Source: an uncultured Bacilli bacterium
GTDB lineage: Bacteria > Bacillota_I > Bacilli_A > RF39 > UBA660
NCBI GenBank assembly: GCA_947589735.1
Contig: CANQCR010000008.1
Span: forward strand, 8,809 to 72,808
DNA: 64,000 nucleotides
Reading direction: 5' to 3'
Every line of letters starts with the position of its first letter. The first letter of the stretch is position 1. Shown here in pieces: positions 62,691 through 64,000 of the stretch. The notes under the pieces are model-generated. The model saw only the letters and a program-made list of their open reading frames with translations. It was not told the DNA's origin and ran no database searches. Made by a program: the position numbers and the translations under genes.

Positions 62691-64000
62691 CTATTCATTA
62701 AATAAATCTGGTAAATCGTTTTCTAAAAGAGCATACATATTACCATCATCTAAACGTCTTAAGACTTTAAAAGCTTCCGTAACATCATTTACAATAAAGA
62801 TGTTATCTTCATTATACCCCTTTTCTTTTAATCCATCAAAAATGGGTTTTGTCTGTTCCTTGCCAACTAAAATAACATAGTCACAAACAGATGAAATCAT
62901 TACTCCTAAACGTTTATTATATTCATACTGTTTAGGTCCTAATTCAATCATTCCCGGTGTGACAATAGTGTGTGTACCAGGCATTAGTTTTAAAACATCT
63001 AAAGCGGTTTTAGAACCAACCGGATTAGAATTATAGGCATCATCAATAATATTTAATGTGCCCATCTTTTTTAACTGCAAACGATGATCAATCGTCTTAA
63101 CTAGTCCGACACCACGTTTTAATTCATCGATGGTTAAGCCTAAGCGTTTACCTAAAAGAATACCCGCTAGAAGATTATAGACATTATGTTTACCTAATAA
63201 CCTGGTATGGAAAGAATATGAATTATCATCACCTTTAAACTTAACATCAAAAGTGGTTCCATCACAAGATAATTTGATATTTAAAGCTCTAACATCAACG
63301 TCATCACTATCAATGCCATACCATAAGACTTTACACTTTTTATTTTGTAAATCATAACTCCGTTGATACTCATCATCACCATTTAAAATAGCTATGCCAT
63401 TAGAAGGTAATGATTCAATTAATTCAAATTTACCCTTTTGAATATTTTCTTTACTACCAAAACTTTCTAGATGAGCTTCCCCAATCGTTGTTAACACCCC
63501 ATATTTAGGGTGCATCAAATCGCACGTCTTTTTAATCTCGCCTCTTTTAAAAGCACCCATTTCAGCGATAAAAAGGTCATTAAACTTATCGAGATAATTA
63601 TTAATCGAATTGATCATACCATAAGTTGTATTAAAGTTCTTAGGTGTTGCAAAACTGTTATATTTGACATTTAATATTTCATTGATAATATTTTTACTAC
63701 TCGTCTTACCATAACTACCGGTAATGCCAATAACTGGAATATTCATCTTTTTAAGCTTTTTTAAAGCTTCTTTTTTATAATGTAAATAAACTAATTTTTC
63801 AACTGGTTTATTAATATAATTGACTGCCAGAATAACGAGATAACTAAGATAAGTCATCAAAACTAACAATAGATAATAAAGTGGCAACAAAGAGGCGACA
63901 TAACTACACGCCATAATGGCTATAATAATACCATATAGAATAATTTCTGTAACATACATTCTTTTAATTCTAGCGGTCTTAGCTAATGGTATCTTAACGG
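62691..64000 (-). CDS. murF: MurF-like Mur ligase (UDP-MurNAc-tripeptide--D-Ala-D-Ala ligase); N-terminus may run off the window
   Basis: GITGSYGKTSSKN P-loop and DDAYNSNP motif, with ddl adjacent. The reading frame stays open upstream of the ATG at 63959 as far as the window edge. Confidence 0.7.
   Translation of the reverse strand, partial: VKIPLAKTARIKRMYVTEIILYGIIIAIMACSYVASLLPLYYLLLVLMTYLSYLVILAVNYINKPVEKLVYLHYKKEALKKLKKMNIPVIGITGSYGKTSSKNIINEILNVKYNSFATPKNFNTTYGMINSINNYLDKFNDLFIAEMGAFKRGEIKKTCDLMHPKYGVLTTIGEAHLESFGSKENIQKGKFELIESLPSNGIAILNGDDEYQRSYDLQNKKCKVLWYGIDSDDVDVRALNIKLSCDGTTFDVKFKGDDNSYSFHTRLLGKHNVYNLLAGILLGKRLGLTIDELKRGVGLVKTIDHRLQLKKMGTLNIIDDAYNSNPVGSKTALDVLKLMPGTHTIVTPGMIELGPKQYEYNKRLGVMISSVCDYVILVGKEQTKPIFDGLKEKGYNEDNIFIVNDVTEAFKVLRRLDDGNMYALLENDLPDLFNE

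Overview
Low-GC (about 30% by eye) chromosomal segment of a Gram-positive bacterium, probably Bacillota (Erysipelotrichia- or Clostridia-like); I cannot name the species. All functions come from motif recognition in the translated ORFs, with no database search. TGA is used as a stop codon, T-box leaders precede two aminoacyl-tRNA synthetase genes, and intrinsic terminators are common. Genes run on the + strand up to about 12.7 kb and almost entirely on the - strand after that.

Main content:
- A collagen-like GxT-repeat protein followed by a GT2-TPR glycosyltransferase, then two tRNA-Thr genes.
- A block of small hydrolase and housekeeping genes at 2.4-12.7 kb.
- Cell-envelope genes: amidase, GH3 NagZ-like, beta-helix protein, HtrA, VanZ, PepSY.
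- A translationally coupled four-gene cluster of uncharacterised exported or membrane proteins (20.9-26.6 kb), including a trypsin-fold protein that has lost its catalytic His and Ser.
- serS, polA and a CDF transporter.
- A very complete NAD salvage/synthesis supercluster: nadK, nrtR-like, pncC, nadD, prs, nadE, Nudix, pncB, pncA, plus an AAA_28-CYTH fusion.
- A 1244-aa vWA/Cna-B-type adhesin.
- aspS (archaeal type), tRNA-Arg(CCU), ddl and murF.

I saw no integrase, transposase, CRISPR array, rRNA or recognisable defence system.

Most interesting observations:
- An orphan promoter-to-terminator RNA with two covarying homologous hairpins (57.83-58.02 kb).
- Conserved promoter modules with TGTTA-N-TAACA palindromes in front of the two NAD operons.
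- Cassette-like repeated flanks around a SemiSWEET gene and an unknown gene next to tRNA-Arg.
- An att-like duplication of the tRNA-Thr 3' flank.
- A shared non-canonical P-x-T-L-D-N C-terminal sorting-type signal in two surface proteins.
- Several uncharacterised gene pairs.
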